Shown here in pieces: positions 28,158 to 42,441 of a DNA stretch of 64,000 nucleotides; within the stretch, counting starts at the first letter, position 1; every line of letters begins with the position of its first letter. The notes beneath the pieces are model-generated. The model had not been told where the DNA came from, did not search any database, and was given only the letters and a program-made list of their open reading frames with translations. Source of the DNA: Trichoplax adhaerens (Eukaryota; Animalia; Placozoa); contig NW_002060954.1 of the NCBI RefSeq assembly GCF_000150275.1, positions 1,488,001 to 1,552,000 of the forward strand, in the 5' to 3' direction. Made by a program: the position numbers and the translations under genes.

Positions 28158-29731
28158 TTAAAGTAACTTGTAACTGATTAATTTAGACTCGGGTTGATAA
28201 ACACCACCGAACCAATAGTTAGTAGTCGCATCTTTGCTTGATGAACATTCATGATCAATACTATATTGAGAAAAATAGCCAAAATTTGATTCTGGAGGGT
28301 TAAAACCATACTCTGAAGGAAATTTCCATTTCTGGCAGTAACTATAAGTGCGCGATGATAAGAAGGTGACATGATAGCTAGGCGAAACATATATCGGTAG
28401 TTGGCACATCTTGCAAGTATAACCACGAACATTGACATAATCTACGATATAGCATCCTGGTTGAGCATTATAAATAGCCATAATATTATATCGGCAGTTT
28501 TCAACGCGCATATAATCCCTATGACTTATAGGATATTTCTTTTTCTTATCAAAGTTACATGTCGCTCTCCAATGGGTAGTCCTCGGTGAGTCATAAATCG
28601 ATTTCATACTAGCATGGCTTAGTCGGTAAGCTTGAAATTGAGGGGTACATTCATTATATGGATAATTATAGTAATATGGTTTGCGAAAATTGATAGATTC
28701 AGGCAACTTAGATGTTTGGATTCCTCTATTTCGTGTGAAAGATTCAACTAGCGTCCAGACATAGGGTGGATCCGATTGGAAGTCGCAATATACCGGTGTG
28801 AGAGACAATCCAGTATGGATAGCATAATGCCCATTTGTAAGTGTTTTGTTTGAAGTATAGAAAAGTTCTAAGCACGATTTGACTTTTATACCCTATAATA
28901 ATAATAAAAAAGTTTATTCACGAGAGGGAAAACGAAAAAATGAGAGCAATTACAGTTATCGGATTCAGTTATTATCTTGTATTGGAATCGACATCAACTA
29001 CGTTTTATTCAAGAAAAAAGTTGAGATCTACTGACGTTAAACTCCATTCTCTAGACTGATAAAATTGCATATATAGTTAGTATATGAATAGATTCTAAGA
29101 AGGTCGATACAATATAATTCTATGTCTATAGTCTGATTGCAGTTAGATAGTCCTTGGTAGTTATGAGACGAACCTAATCTTATGCAATAAAGTGAAGTTT
29201 ACAAGAAACTGTAGTTCTTGTTGTATTTTTGAGAGGACACTTTATCACAATGGTATATCATCTAGATGACTAATTGACTTATTCATATCTGCAATGAAGA
29301 GTAACCGAAAAGGCTTTGGTGATTGGATATGATATTGTACTGTACAGGGAATGAAAGCGAGAAAAAGTTTCAAGATTTTAAATTTAGATCAATACATGCG
29401 ATCAAATGATTTAAAAATCAGCTTCTTAGTAATATGAAAGGTAGGCAATAGAAATAATCTTTATAACAGTTATTAATCGGTTAACTCGACGAACACGAGA
29501 GGTAAGTTTGTACTTTAATCCGATACTGGAATATAGCAGGGATTGTTAAAGTTGATATAAAAAGATTAAAAATTTATCAGGCATAAAAAAATGTTAATAG
29601 TTTATGTTACTCGGTTATAAAAGAATATAACTTACAGAAGAAAGATTTCCTTGTACTTCATTCGTTAAACTTCCAACAAGGATACATAGACTTACGAGCA
29701 ACTGTATATACTTAATTGCGTCGTATTTCAT
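28158..29731 (-). CDS. Secreted fibrinogen-related/intelectin-like protein, array copy 1 (subfamily A); exons 29636-29731 and 28158-28892, 276 aa
   Basis: Exon 1 encodes signal peptide MKYDAIKYIQLLVSLCILVGSLTNEVQGNLSS with a GTAAG donor. The acceptor tattatag at 28893 continues in phase 0: GIKVKSCLELFY...NGHYAI...VYCDFQSDPPYVWTLVESF...HWRATCNF...TTNYWFGG. Confidence 0.85.
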
Positions 29732-29981
29732 GGCGATGATTTATGGATTAGAAAATAGAACAAATCTTAAAAGTCCTTAATCTATATTATCGTCACCAAG
29801 TATAGTCAACACGGAATCAATACTATTTTAACTTGAGACTACTATCAGAGAAGTAACTGATAATCTATCGTCTATAGTCAATAGTAAATTTCGTTAGCAG
29901 CTTGAAGAAATAAACTAAAAAGATGGGTGTCTTATTGTTTTACGACTATTGAAGAAAAACCATTAAATTTTATTATTCTTA

Positions 29982-30135
29982 GCATTGCCGAGGGACTGAC
30001 AGCAGGGTTTTTCTGCTGACTACTTTACTAATGGTTTTACCATTCTTTATCTGTCTATCAAAATTTTGGCCATCTATCACCCTGTTATATGGTGAATTAG
30101 CTTAATCAATTCCCAGCGGATTTTATTGCATTAAC
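29982..30135 (-). promoter_or_regulatory. Conserved upstream block shared by copies 1 and 2 (paralogous block ~36208-36360)
   Basis: Aligned segments (agggact..agca..gggtttt, tttactaatgg, tgtctatcaa, aattccca.cgga..tt..tgcattaa) lie 250-400 bp upstream of both ATGs, while neighbouring DNA is much more diverged. Confidence 0.6.
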
Positions 30136-33100
30136 GACTTGATTCAATTCACGCAGTGTCTGCTAAACGTACTTCTTTAATAGATAAATAATATATTACA
30201 AGTTAGTGATGATAGAGCAGTAGATTATTTATTGAATAATTATCCCTGTAACAGTCTTGTTTATTACACTGGTCGTCCATAGGCTCTACTGAAAATAGTA
30301 ACCCCTCTTTTTAACTTCATGATGTTATAGCTTATTCTTCCTTTAAGCCGATACAACACGATTCAAAAACTTGATAACCGCATTGGTAGACACTATCATC
30401 GTTCTTTTGATCCGTATCAATTCATTACGCTCCATTAGTATAATTCAATTACATTTCACTAACAGTAGAAACTTTTCGCCGCGATTGCTAAAGCCATGAG
30501 TTAGAATAGAGCTTTGTCATAATATTATTTCACCGTCAACAATTGATCGCGATTTCTAGAGTTTAATAAATATTCAATAATAGTTAAAACCACATGCTGT
30601 GCTCGCAAATAAGACTAAGTGAATGATTGATGTAGATGTTATGAAATCCGAGAAGTGCTAAAGAAGAATGCAGCTTTAGTTATGCTGTCTATTTACGTCA
30701 AAAATCAAAGTTAATGATAACACTAACGGTCTACAATCATAATGACGAATGTACAGCTAAAAGAATCAACTATAAACATTTATATAACTTTGGGGTCAAA
30801 CTCGGAAAAGATAGGATCGTTATCATCTAATGAAAAGTTAAAATAGATTGAGTTAAAACTTTACAATGATACTAGATATAACACTTTAATACAGTATATT
30901 ATACTGCGCATCTATAAATTTCATTAGCTCGACTCCTCTATATACCTTATAGTGATGGTAGAAAGAACTTTCGTTTTCCCAAGAGGCATGGCCAACTACT
31001 GCGCAAAATGATTTGGGTAGTTTAATTTCCATCAAAAGCTCTACTATTATACGTAAAGTGTATTGTCCGTGATTGAAAATGTGACTCATGAATAAAGATT
31101 CTATTTATTACTAACCAATCTCGCACGGTAGTTGTTAATTAAGGTTATTAAGCACAGCCTAATTCACCAGATGTATTTTACACTTCCCTCCTGTATTCAC
31201 AGGAAAATATATTAAACAGTAAGATAATAACACTTTTAACAACTTGAATTATGACACGAATTCATTTAGAATATATATAGATATATTTTTATATATCATG
31301 CTATATACATCGTAAGGCGACATTACTTTCCTTGCAATAACAGTATCTGCTAGCGATTTTTGAATGCACATTTACTAAACTCATTCCATACAATATTACC
31401 TCGAATCTTGACGTTATCACTATGAATAAAATAACTATGTTGTTTCCAGGAAGTAACAAGTATGATCATGAAATTTCATCTCCCATTATTACTATTACTA
31501 TAAGTAGCGTAGTTAAATAAGGCCAATTTCTTATTTTATCTAACTACTTAGATTGCACAGTCATTTAACGGTCTATTCATCTACCTGTAAGACTCTACTT
31601 TTCAATTTAGCTACTAATCAATAGTGTTATCATTCCTATATTATTAATATATTACCAATCAAATTAGAAATGGTCATAGGCATCAAAAAGATAAAATTAC
31701 TTCAAGACAAAACTTTGTTCTACATTTACTAGTATTGAAAACGTTTTTAGTATAGTATTTCAGGTAATTTTTATTTCTATACAATAAATTAATATATACA
31801 GTGTCATAAGAACTTATTGGATCGGTATATATATATCTGTTGCAGGAGCAAAAATAATATGATTAACCAATGTATCACGATTAGCGTACTGCGAACTATA
31901 GCCTAGGTTAAATTGGCTCAATATATCACAGCGTATTCCATTAATCGGCAGATTGGTACTCATAAGCCTTTGTGAAATAGACACGATTCTTTTAAAATGA
32001 TTAGATTTTGTGATCTTTCAATCTTAGACTACACGTTCTCAAAATAACTGAAAGCAAGCTTAAGTTGTTTAAAATATAAGTGTAGTATTAAACTTCCGGA
32101 TATAAAAATATTAATAGCATGCCGCACCGTATAATTATGTAATGGTAATTATTAGTATATGTTGCTTGCTATAAATTTATCACATCACTTCTTTCGCCAG
32201 AGTTACCTACTCATCAGATTTAGTTTTTAGCAATCCGATAACGTACAGCGTAGCAGTATATAAGATATGGGCAATGATAAAAATCTTTGAAACTGATACA
32301 GCCATTAACTGCAAATTTCTGTTGGATTCAGATATTTCTTTATAATCTCCTTTTGCAGTGATGAATTTGTAGCAATATTTATGATGAGTAAATATCTATA
32401 CAAGAATATTCTACTTTTGTTATTATCTCATATTTATGATCTAGAAAAAAGTTTACGTAGTTTATTATGACATGATTATATAGGAGTAGCATAAGGACTT
32501 TCTTACATATAAAAGATGAAATAACAACAACCCGCGAATTGATAATAATAGTAACTTAGAATTACTTTATCGATTAGACTTTATTACATAGTTATTATTT
32601 GATTACACTCCCATCTGCCAATACTATTTTCATCCGAAGTTTTAATATAAAATACTTGCATTAACTCAAAATAAACCGTATAGCTTATAATAGCCAAAGT
32701 ATTACGTTTATTATGGTGCCATTTACACGCTAGATAGAATATAGTATGGCTGTAGCAGAGAACGATGGTGATAAACGATTGATACTGTTATAATCAGTAA
32801 CTACTCTATAAGCAGTAATGAGCATGAATCTAAATATTGCTTATTGTTTCCTTTACTCACAGAATGGAAGCTTACGAAACGGCCTCTTGATTTCGATGGC
32901 GATTTACTCTTAGTGCGTTATTACATATAATGCAAACATCGTGCTCAAGAAGTTCATAAATGGATATTAATGTACTCAGAATGCATTTTGTAGATATCGT
33001 TTGAAACATCGAAGTTATTAAAAATGAAATTGTAGAAGAGTATTGAGTTGCATTATTAAAATTGGTAGGTCGTAGTGACTTAATGATCAAAAACGTCGAT

Positions 33101-34430
33101 CAGCTGTCACCGCTGTGTTTACTTACAGTAACCAAACATAGATTAATTAGGAAAACTGGTATGCGAAGAATATTGCATAAAGCTTCCATAAAACTGTTAG
33201 ATAAAGCTAGATTAGCATTACTTAGCAAAGATACACCTTGAAAAGAGATGGAAGCTGAATAAGTATAAAATCAGCTATGAGTGTTATAAAAAAATTGAGT
33301 GATAAAAATAAAAATAACCCTCAAGATTTTCCGATAGTCAATTTTTTACCAAGCATTGGAAGATAGGTAAAACATGGCTCATTTCCTTACAATTTAATAG
33401 ATCATAAATAAATTTAAGAAATTATCGTAAATATGGTCATAGAAAATATAAAGATACGGTGAAACCAAAAAATACCATAACAGAAAAATAAGTAAGATCG
33501 TACTCGATAAAAACGGGGATTTGAAAATTAAAAGAACCCATGAAAACATTTGTATTCAAAACACCATTATTTCAAACATAAACTTTTGAAAATGGGAAAG
33601 AATGGTTATACTACTTTTCAGTTAGTTGCAAATAGGACTGATAAAACGATCTTTTTCTGGAATCATTGGAAAGACTACATCAGTATCAGCTAATCTATAT
33701 TTATACAAATATGCTAGATATGGATAATTTTGATATTTCTACATTGATCAAAGATAATACTACTTAAATTATGCTTTACCAAAACGGAGTATGCTCGAGG
33801 TAAAAACTTGTAATATCGACATTAAATAGTTGATGAGAGCATGGTAACTTGAGAAAACGAGGGTTAAAACGATGAGTGATTTTGATACTTCTATTGTGAG
33901 ATTTCTAAAAACGTTATTTATTTGTGAATACCAAAACTGATAAAACACATGTATACTGCATTAAATTGATTACGGAAAATAATGTATTAATTACAGATCG
34001 TAGTAAACACCATACAGTTTTTTAAATACAGCAAAGATTCGAAAAATATTACATATAACAGTAATTTCGAGCCTCTATCAGAAAAAATTAATGAGATTGC
34101 AAGTCCAATGTCAATCTCGATAGTAGCTACAATTAGTACAGATTACCCATTGCAGTAAAATAATACCATTATACACTTATTGCGCTAAAGCTAACATCTA
34201 TATTACTAATTCAAGAGATTAAAAACTCGATAGACGCGAAATAAACACGATCCAATCTGATAAAGGTTATCGCATTCTATTGATCATAGATATGTAAGTA
34301 TTCCAGCTGGTTATTCAGGGTAGATATTGAAAGCATTATATGTGTATAGTCAGAAAATTTACTAGCTATCAATCTAGCAACGATAGATCAACTTGAATAT
34401 CATATTGCAATACCTTTAACGTTCAGCATA

Positions 34431-35947
34431 TTAAAGAAGAGAATAATTGATTAATTTGTTGCTAGGCTGATAAATACCGCCGAACCAATAGTTAGTCGTT
34501 GCATCCTTACTTGATGTACACTCGTGTTCAACACTGTATCTATAATAATAGCCAAAATTACTCTCCGGAGGGTTAAATGTGAATTCTGATGGAAATTTCC
34601 ACTTCTGACAGTAATAATAACTGCGTGAAGACATAAAGTTCACATGATAACTTGGTGCAACGTAGATTGGTACTTGGCAATTTCTGCAAGTGTGCCCACG
34701 GACGTTGAGGTAATCTACAAAATAACAACCTGGTTGAGCACTGTAAATATTTAGAATATCATATCGGCATATGGAATTTCGTATATAATCCTTATGACTC
34801 ATAGGATATTTCTTGATTTTATCGAAATTGCAAGTCGCTCTCCAATGGGTAGTTCGCGGGGCTTTATAAATTGACATCATAGTAGGACGGTTCAATCGAT
34901 AGGCTTTAAATTGAGGAGAACAGTCATTATACGGATAATTGTAGTAATATGGCTTATGAAAGCTGATTGATCCAGGTATCTTGGACGTATAAACACCTCT
35001 AGTGCGCGTAAATGATTCAACTAGCGTCCAGACAAAGGGTGGGTCCGATTGAAAATCGCAATACACTGGTTGAACTTTAGTTGCATCGGTATGAATTGCG
35101 TAGAAACCGTTTATTGCTGTCTTATTTTCTGTTGAATATCGAATTTCCAAACACGATTTTGGTTTTATACTCTGTAATTGTAAATAATATTCAAATTATA
35201 TTAAGAAAGTAGAAGATCGGAGCTATTATCGAACAAATAAGAACATAGAGTTACTTTATTTTACTGTGATATCTGAGTTACTTCTCATGAAATTAGATAT
35301 CTACTATTCATATAATTTCATATATGATATAATGATTAGAGTAACATAGTTAAGAGCGATGAATATTTTACAAATAACCAAGGGAAAGATACATGCAAAG
35401 CATTAAATCTAAATTCTATCCTTTGGATATTTCTTTATATTTCATATTGCGGTAAACGCATATGCTATACATTGTGGCTTATTATTTCATCAGATATTCT
35501 GATATTTAAGATAAATATCGAAAATGGGCTCGTTAGTAGGATATAGTTATAACACGATGTAAAATCTGATGAAGGGCAATTTAATGATCAAGAATAAGCT
35601 AGTTACATGTATACGGTGCTATTTTAAACGTTTACATTCGATGGTGAAGAAGACGACATTATTAATATAATCTACTAGGGCCACTAGTCAGCCAACTATA
35701 CTAGCTACAGAGACAAACTTATTTATAATAGTGTGGTAAAAGTACTCTAAAATTAATTATTTTACGCTAGTATGAAGGATTGAAAAAAAAGTTCAGAGAT
35801 AATAAAAAATGGCTATTTTATGTTATGAATTCGAAAGGTAGTACAACTTACTGTCAAAACACCTCCATGTACTTCATGCGTTAAAATTCCAACAGTAATA
35901 CATAACGTTGCGAGTAGCAATGCTCCATTCATGACGTTGCATTTCAT
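34431..35947 (-). CDS. Secreted fibrinogen-related/intelectin-like protein, array copy 2 (subfamily A); exons 35852-35947 and 34431-35171, 278 aa
   Basis: Signal exon MKCNVMNGALLLATLCITVGILTHEVHGGVLT|GTAAG, then acceptor ttacag and SIKPKSCLEIRY..., in frame with ORF 34431-35150. Close paralogue of copy 1. Confidence 0.85.
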
Positions 35948-38695
35948 GTCGAAGAATAAGTATAAGGAAAGTTGCAGAGATCCTAAAAAATTTTATCTGC
36001 GGAGAGTCGCCGAATGCAGTTCGATCTGAATTGGTAAAAGTTTTAAGTTTATTAGCCGAAAAAGCAGCTCTGCTAGTTTATTCGTGGATAGTATATAGTC
36101 AAGAATGGTTCAATTAACGCCTTTAAGGTTAAAAAAACACAATGAAAGATAGGAGACCTTATTTTTTGACCACTATGGAGCTAAGGGGATTCGATTTTTT
36201 TGTCATCGCTATTACCAAGGGACTAGCAGTAGGGTTTTTAAGGCTAATTTACTAATGGGTCCTCTATTCTTGTGTGTCTATCAATGTATCAGCTAGCCGT
36301 CATCGTTTACGTGATAATTAAGAACAGCTAATTCCCAACGGAACTTTGGTGCATTAAATACATCAGGTTAATTCAGTTAAAGAATAAAAACTTAAAAAAT
36401 TATGTTTTTTAGTTGATAATACATTAAAGGATAAGTTAATGAATACGGAGCTGCAGGTCGTTTAATGATTGACGTATCAGTCATTTTGTTTCTTACACTG
36501 CTGGGTAGTCTATACTAAATATATTAGTTCTTTCATAATTTTATAATACTGTACCATTATTTTTGATATCTTTTTCGCCGTAATGGGAACATAACTCAAA
36601 ACATTTAATAATTGCATTACTGGATGTTCTGTCATCGTTCTTTCGGCCTGTAATCAAACTGACAGTCGCCTTCGATGCAATCAAACAAAAAGTTTATTAA
36701 AATTCTAAAATTTTTCATCATAAGGACTAGATAAAGCTTTAGCATTGAATTAATATTAAATTGGTTCATAATGTCAAATGTCTTGTTTTCATGACCAAAT
36801 GCTATGATTAGACTAAAGTTAATTTAATATATCATGATTATCAAGCCACATACCGTTTATAAAAAAATTAGAGTCACTGGTGTTTAGTTATGGGAAGTAA
36901 GGAATAAAGTAACTCAGGGCTATTTACGGCAACGTTCGTAGTTAGCGATGATGTTGGCATTTATTAACGTAGTGATCATAAATATCATAACTAAGCCAAA
37001 TCTGAATTAATAAACATTATCAAAACATTATGATTTAGCTCAGAATTGGATAAGACTATAATTTTATGTGAGTTGATATAGAATAAAGTATATGGATGTT
37101 AATTACATATTACTGCCTGCACATTCAGCTCTTAATATATCCGCATTCATTATCATTCACGAAAACATCTTTTCCTGCGGGAGCCGATCACTTACTGTAC
37201 TCTACTACTTAGCAACTCAAAGTAATTTCTATTATAAGCTCTGCTGTTACGTAAAATTTAATGCCTATGATATTAGGAAGGTGACTAATACATTGAAACT
37301 ATTTTATTATGGCTCCTAGAGCAGGGTTAGAATCAGTGCGTCTATTCTTTGTTAATCTATTACTGGCAATAGATGGACAAAACACAATGATACTATACTT
37401 TAATCTCTTACACTATAAAAATATTATTTCTCATTTAAACCGAATAAAGAATGAATAAGTGAGATTTAATTGTATTTCTATATAATTCTCCAGTTATTAT
37501 TCTTTATGTGGAGCTATTGTGTAAATTGTAAACTTTCGCTGTGTAAGCTTAATTTTCATACACGATCATGTATACGAGTACTGATTCCAGTTGTGCTATC
37601 AAATTAAGCGGAATACTCTGTTGCTTAAATTATGTGACAGAAATATCTTCATAATAAAAACAGATTTATCAAACCTATTACATTTTACTGTACGTAATAT
37701 TAATTCTAACGTTAATACTTTGAAAAATGCAAAATTTAAATCATATAAAATTCTATATAAATCTCATAGTACTTGAGCAACAGGTTTAAAACCATTATAG
37801 GGTTCTAAATCATTATTTAATGTACTAATATGTGATACCCATTGCCACTAGACTGATTCTTATTCTCTAAAATTGACTGTATACTATCTTGCTCACAGCC
37901 GATTTAACGAAAGAAAAATATGATATCGCAAATAGTATTGCCGTAAGCTAGTGTACACATTATAACACTGAAATAAAAACTTACTTCAGTATGATAATAT
38001 TGTTCTAACAGATTTCTAAAATAGAAATGCTAGTCTAAGAAAATCGTGAAGTTAAATTTGATGCCATTCACTAGCCATAGCAATGAAGTAATTAGCTATA
38101 TGTATGTATCATATTATAATTGTTTGGATCTGGTTTACCATTCTACATCCAAATTGAGAAACTGACGTGATTTGCTTGGCCATAATTTTATAATCTATTA
38201 AGAATTTAAAATGTGCTGCTTAACTGTAAATGCATTCAATTTCAGTGGCAAAATATAAGGATCATTTTATTTCGTATTTGAGTCCTTACAAATTTACATT
38301 CAAGATATGTAGTTCAGTAACAAAGATACGAAGAAATTTGGAATCACTTGAAATAAGAAGATTAGAACCAAATTAAAGTATTTCTTTATGAAATTCGTAT
38401 ACTACCTCTATTATCAATAAAACACCATAAAAGTTAAAAACAGAATCGACGTTGATGCAACATTTACGGCAAATATTCTTGTTCCAGCTGCATGTCGATA
38501 TAGAACCGTACATTGTCAGTTAATCAATAAATGAAGTATAAAAGACTAAAGTTAATTCATATAAACTAGGCTCCCCAGGCGAAATATTACCACTAGAAAT
38601 GCGTTATTCAATATTGCAATAAGTAAAAGTCAATAACAGAAATATCAAGGGTTATTTCCATGATGAAAAGTCGAGATAGATAAGAAGTACTGTAT

Positions 38696-39523
38696 TTATT
38701 TCTTAACGTTTTGTTGCAAATCTTGAGCATTATAAACGCCACCAAGCCACCAATTAGTTGTCGATTCTGGTGTTGCTGTACAACGAAATTTCTCGTTGTA
38801 GTTGACGTATGTACCCCAGTTATACTCATTTTTTACAGTATGGCCAAAGCGTATTCTACCACAACGATTTGGAGATTGGCTAGATATAAGACTTAAATGT
38901 GTCGAACCGCTAGCGTAAAATGGCATAGAGCAGTGACTGCAAGAATGTCCATGAATATTCATATAGTCTGCATAGTAACAACTACCGCCAGAGGAACCTA
39001 GAGTCATAATGTTAAGCGAACACATACTTCCCCTTACATAATCTCGATGCGACATTTTTTTATCTATGCCCATGGCATAAAGATCAAAATTACAAGTTGC
39101 TCTCCAATGTGTTGTTGTTTGTGATCCATAGATTAGCCTCCTAGCAGCTAAAGAAGTACGGTAGGCTTGAAAATTATCTGGGCGACATTCACTATAAGCA
39201 TAATCAGTGGTAAATGGTCGTTGAAAATGATAGTGGCCTTTCTCTTCCGATCGATACATACCCATTTTGCGTGAGAATGATTCTATTAAAGTCCAGACGT
39301 ATGGCTTTTCGGAATTAAAATCGCAGTAAACTGTATGAAGTGCTTCTTCTTTATCATAAATTGTGTAATAACCATTCAAGTGAACTTTAGGGCGAAGTTG
39401 TTTGATATCTAAGCATGATTCTGGACGATATAATGTCGTTGTTATTACTTCAATACTTGCCAATGAATAGGGCAGAAGCGATACCAATAACATGACAGCA
39501 AAAAGCTGCACAGACAACTTCAT
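38696..39523 (-). CDS. Secreted fibrinogen-related/intelectin-like protein, array copy 3 (subfamily B), no intron in CDS, 275 aa
   Basis: Complete ORF with signal peptide MKLSVQLFAVMLLVSLLPYSLA, motifs PESCLDIK...NGYYTI...VYCDF...WTLIESF, and 10 conserved Cys. Confidence 0.9.
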   Translation of the reverse strand: MKLSVQLFAVMLLVSLLPYSLASIEVITTTLYRPESCLDIKQLRPKVHLNGYYTIYDKEEALHTVYCDFNSEKPYVWTLIESFSRKMGMYRSEEKGHYHFQRPFTTDYAYSECRPDNFQAYRTSLAARRLIYGSQTTTHWRATCNFDLYAMGIDKKMSHRDYVRGSMCSLNIMTLGSSGGSCYYADYMNIHGHSCSHCSMPFYASGSTHLSLISSQSPNRCGRIRFGHTVKNEYNWGTYVNYNEKFRCTATPESTTNWWLGGVYNAQDLQQNVKK

Positions 39524-41610
39524 GATGGCAGTTGCGACTCTTGGAATATTTTAAAGCAAAAAGATAACAATGCGTAAAATGTGAACAGAAGCAGTTATAA
39601 GTATGCCTGTATTTAGCTCAAGACAATCTATGCAGTATCGTCTAAATTCTTCGGTAAACTGATGGAAAGTAGTGCGTTGTACCCACGTATGCTGGACTGA
39701 AATAATAATATGTTATAGAAACAATAGATAGAAAAGTCCAATAATGCTCAGCATGAGTACCATTCATATCGTTCACTTAGATACATATAGGATAGAACAT
39801 ATGGTATATTATAAGTTTACTGACAGGAGTGTAGAAATAATGAGGGTAATAAATAGTTTTCGGTGATTCATCTATTACGGTGTAGAATTCAACATACAAG
39901 CAGGTGATAGGATTCACGCAATCGATCTTATTCAAAGTACTGCATATTCACGAATCTCTAGACTACTCATACGTTAAAAAAGCATTTAAGATTTTAGAGT
40001 TGCACTCATTTCACCTATAAAAAGTCCTTATCAATTAAATTTTTTGATTAATAAATATTTTAATTAATGTTGGGTTTCGGTAATATGCCCATATGATTTA
40101 AAAAGTTGCTTAGAAGGAGAAGACTATAAATATATTTATTCTTAACTCATATTTTGAATTACATACGTGCTTAATAATATAATATGCTAAAATTATTTGT
40201 CAAACTTGTAGAGGTTAGTACACACTTATGTGTGTTTATATGAGTTAGGGCTATTAGAGATAGCATTAAGGAGTTAAATTGCGGATACAGTGCTATATTG
40301 TATATTTGTAAATAATCAACGCGCAGCATTTGATGAAATTTTACAAGTTTCGATAAAAGTAATCAAGGGTAACTTACTGGAAGAGTGGCAAGATATATTA
40401 TGTACTGTAGACATATCTTATTCTCATTTAGCTCGAGCAAGATGATAACAAAAACATAAACTGCCATTTTTATGCTTGCATGACGTATGAGTAAGTATGT
40501 AATGCTTGTGATATAAAGAAAGTTTAAGATATAGGAACTACGGACCAGGTTACTTTCGGCATTAATATCAGCACTTGTAGCAAGCTTTTAACCCTTTGCT
40601 GAGCGTTATAGGTTGATATCCGGTCAAAGAGAAAAAAACTATGTATGGATGATTCTTCATATTTTAATGGGCTTCAGAGCGTTTCTGTAACCGTATTCAA
40701 CTTTGATTTCAAGTTATCAAATACTTCATATTGTGATCAGTGCTATGGATAGTTATTTTGTACTATACGTAATATATACTCATTTGTACTGCAAATATGT
40801 TACTATTCTTCAATAGTCAGTAACTTCATTAATAAATGAAACATAAAATCAGACTTCAATCGGGAATAACGCCTGTATTTGGTTCTTTAGCGGCAAAATC
40901 GATATAGGAATGTAAAATTTGATATGAAGACCTAATGATCTACAAAAGCATTCTTTTCGTAGCTCATCGATGAAATAAAATCTTCTAAAGTTTGATAAAG
41001 AATTACTTTTATTCTTTAATCATAAAATTAACATAGATGAAATAATTAATAACGTTATCTGAAACCCTAGCCAAATGACCATTAGTAGTGTTACCGATAG
41101 TTTATAAAATACAAGCCCATTCCTATCACTAAAGACTGCAATGTAAATCCGTGCAATTTACAATTAACTGATTTCAATAATTAATGATTTACTTTACCGA
41201 AAATCTCTTAAAGAAGGGAGTACATGATTGCTAATGAATATAAGTATCTGCATTGTTAATATTCAGTTTCTTTTTATGATATTCCCTTCTAAATTAAATG
41301 AATTCTAGGGCACTTAGATTTTGAAACACAGTGAAAAAAACTACGATATATGTGAAACAGAGGCTGTTAATTCTAATCTACCTCGATATTATAATTATCA
41401 GTACGGGCTTATATCTGCTTAGTTGAAGTATCTACAATGTACTAGATTTGTACTCGGCATAGAATGCTACGGGTATAACATAAGCTACGTTAAGATAATT
41501 AATGAGAACCGATTTTATATTATCAAAAAATCAACGACATAGTGGCACTGAGACAAATTGTGATCAAACAAGATTATGATAAAGGTACACAATTTATCCT
41601 TGAAAATTTT

Positions 41611-42441
41611 TTATGCTTTCTTAACACTCTGCATCGAATCCAATGCATCATAGATTCCTCCAAACCACCAGTTCGTAGTTGAATGTTCGGTTGCTAAGCA
41701 TGAAAATTTTTCGTGGATTATATTATAGAAGCCCCAATTATATGCCTGAGCTTCAAATGGGCCAAAATTCATTTTACTGCAACGAGTAGGGGAGATACTA
41801 GACATGATACCAGGATGCATGCCGTTATTACTATAAAATGGTACGGTACATTTTTCGCATGCATGGCCACCAATATTGATGTAATCCATTTCATAGCAAC
41901 CACCACCAGAACTATAAAATGTAGACATATCAAGACGGCATAAATGTGCTCTCACATAATCTCGATGACCGAAAGTACTGACTTTGCCCATAGCATACTG
42001 ATCAAAATTACAAGTTGCTCTCCAATGTGTAGTCGTCTGAGAGTGCCTAATTAACTGCATAACAGCTTTAGATGCACGATAAGCTTGAAATTGATCAGGG
42101 CGACATTCGTTATAGGGATAATTGATAGTAAAAGGCCTTTGGAAATGTAAACGATATTTTACATTACTATATCTTTTTCCTGCCTTACGCGAGAAGGATT
42201 CAATTAAAGTCCAAACGAAAGGTTTATCCGAATTGAAGTCGCAATAAACTGTATGCAGCCCATTTTCTTTGTCGAAGATTGTGTAAAAGCCATTTCTGGT
42301 AACATTTGGGCGATAGTATTTGATATCTAAACATGATGTGGGATCATATTTTATGATGATAGTCGTTTGGGTAGGGACTGACGATGAAAAAGGTAAGCAT
42401 GCCAGCAAAAGTAGACATATAAGGCCACTTAACAACTTCAT
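41611..42441 (-). CDS. Secreted fibrinogen-related/intelectin-like protein, array copy 4 (subfamily B), no intron in CDS, 276 aa
   Basis: Complete ORF with signal peptide MKLLSGLICLLLLACLPFSSS and the same motif set. Closest to copy 3. Confidence 0.9.
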   Translation of the reverse strand: MKLLSGLICLLLLACLPFSSSVPTQTTIIIKYDPTSCLDIKYYRPNVTRNGFYTIFDKENGLHTVYCDFNSDKPFVWTLIESFSRKAGKRYSNVKYRLHFQRPFTINYPYNECRPDQFQAYRASKAVMQLIRHSQTTTHWRATCNFDQYAMGKVSTFGHRDYVRAHLCRLDMSTFYSSGGGCYEMDYINIGGHACEKCTVPFYSNNGMHPGIMSSISPTRCSKMNFGPFEAQAYNWGFYNIIHEKFSCLATEHSTTNWWFGGIYDALDSMQSVKKA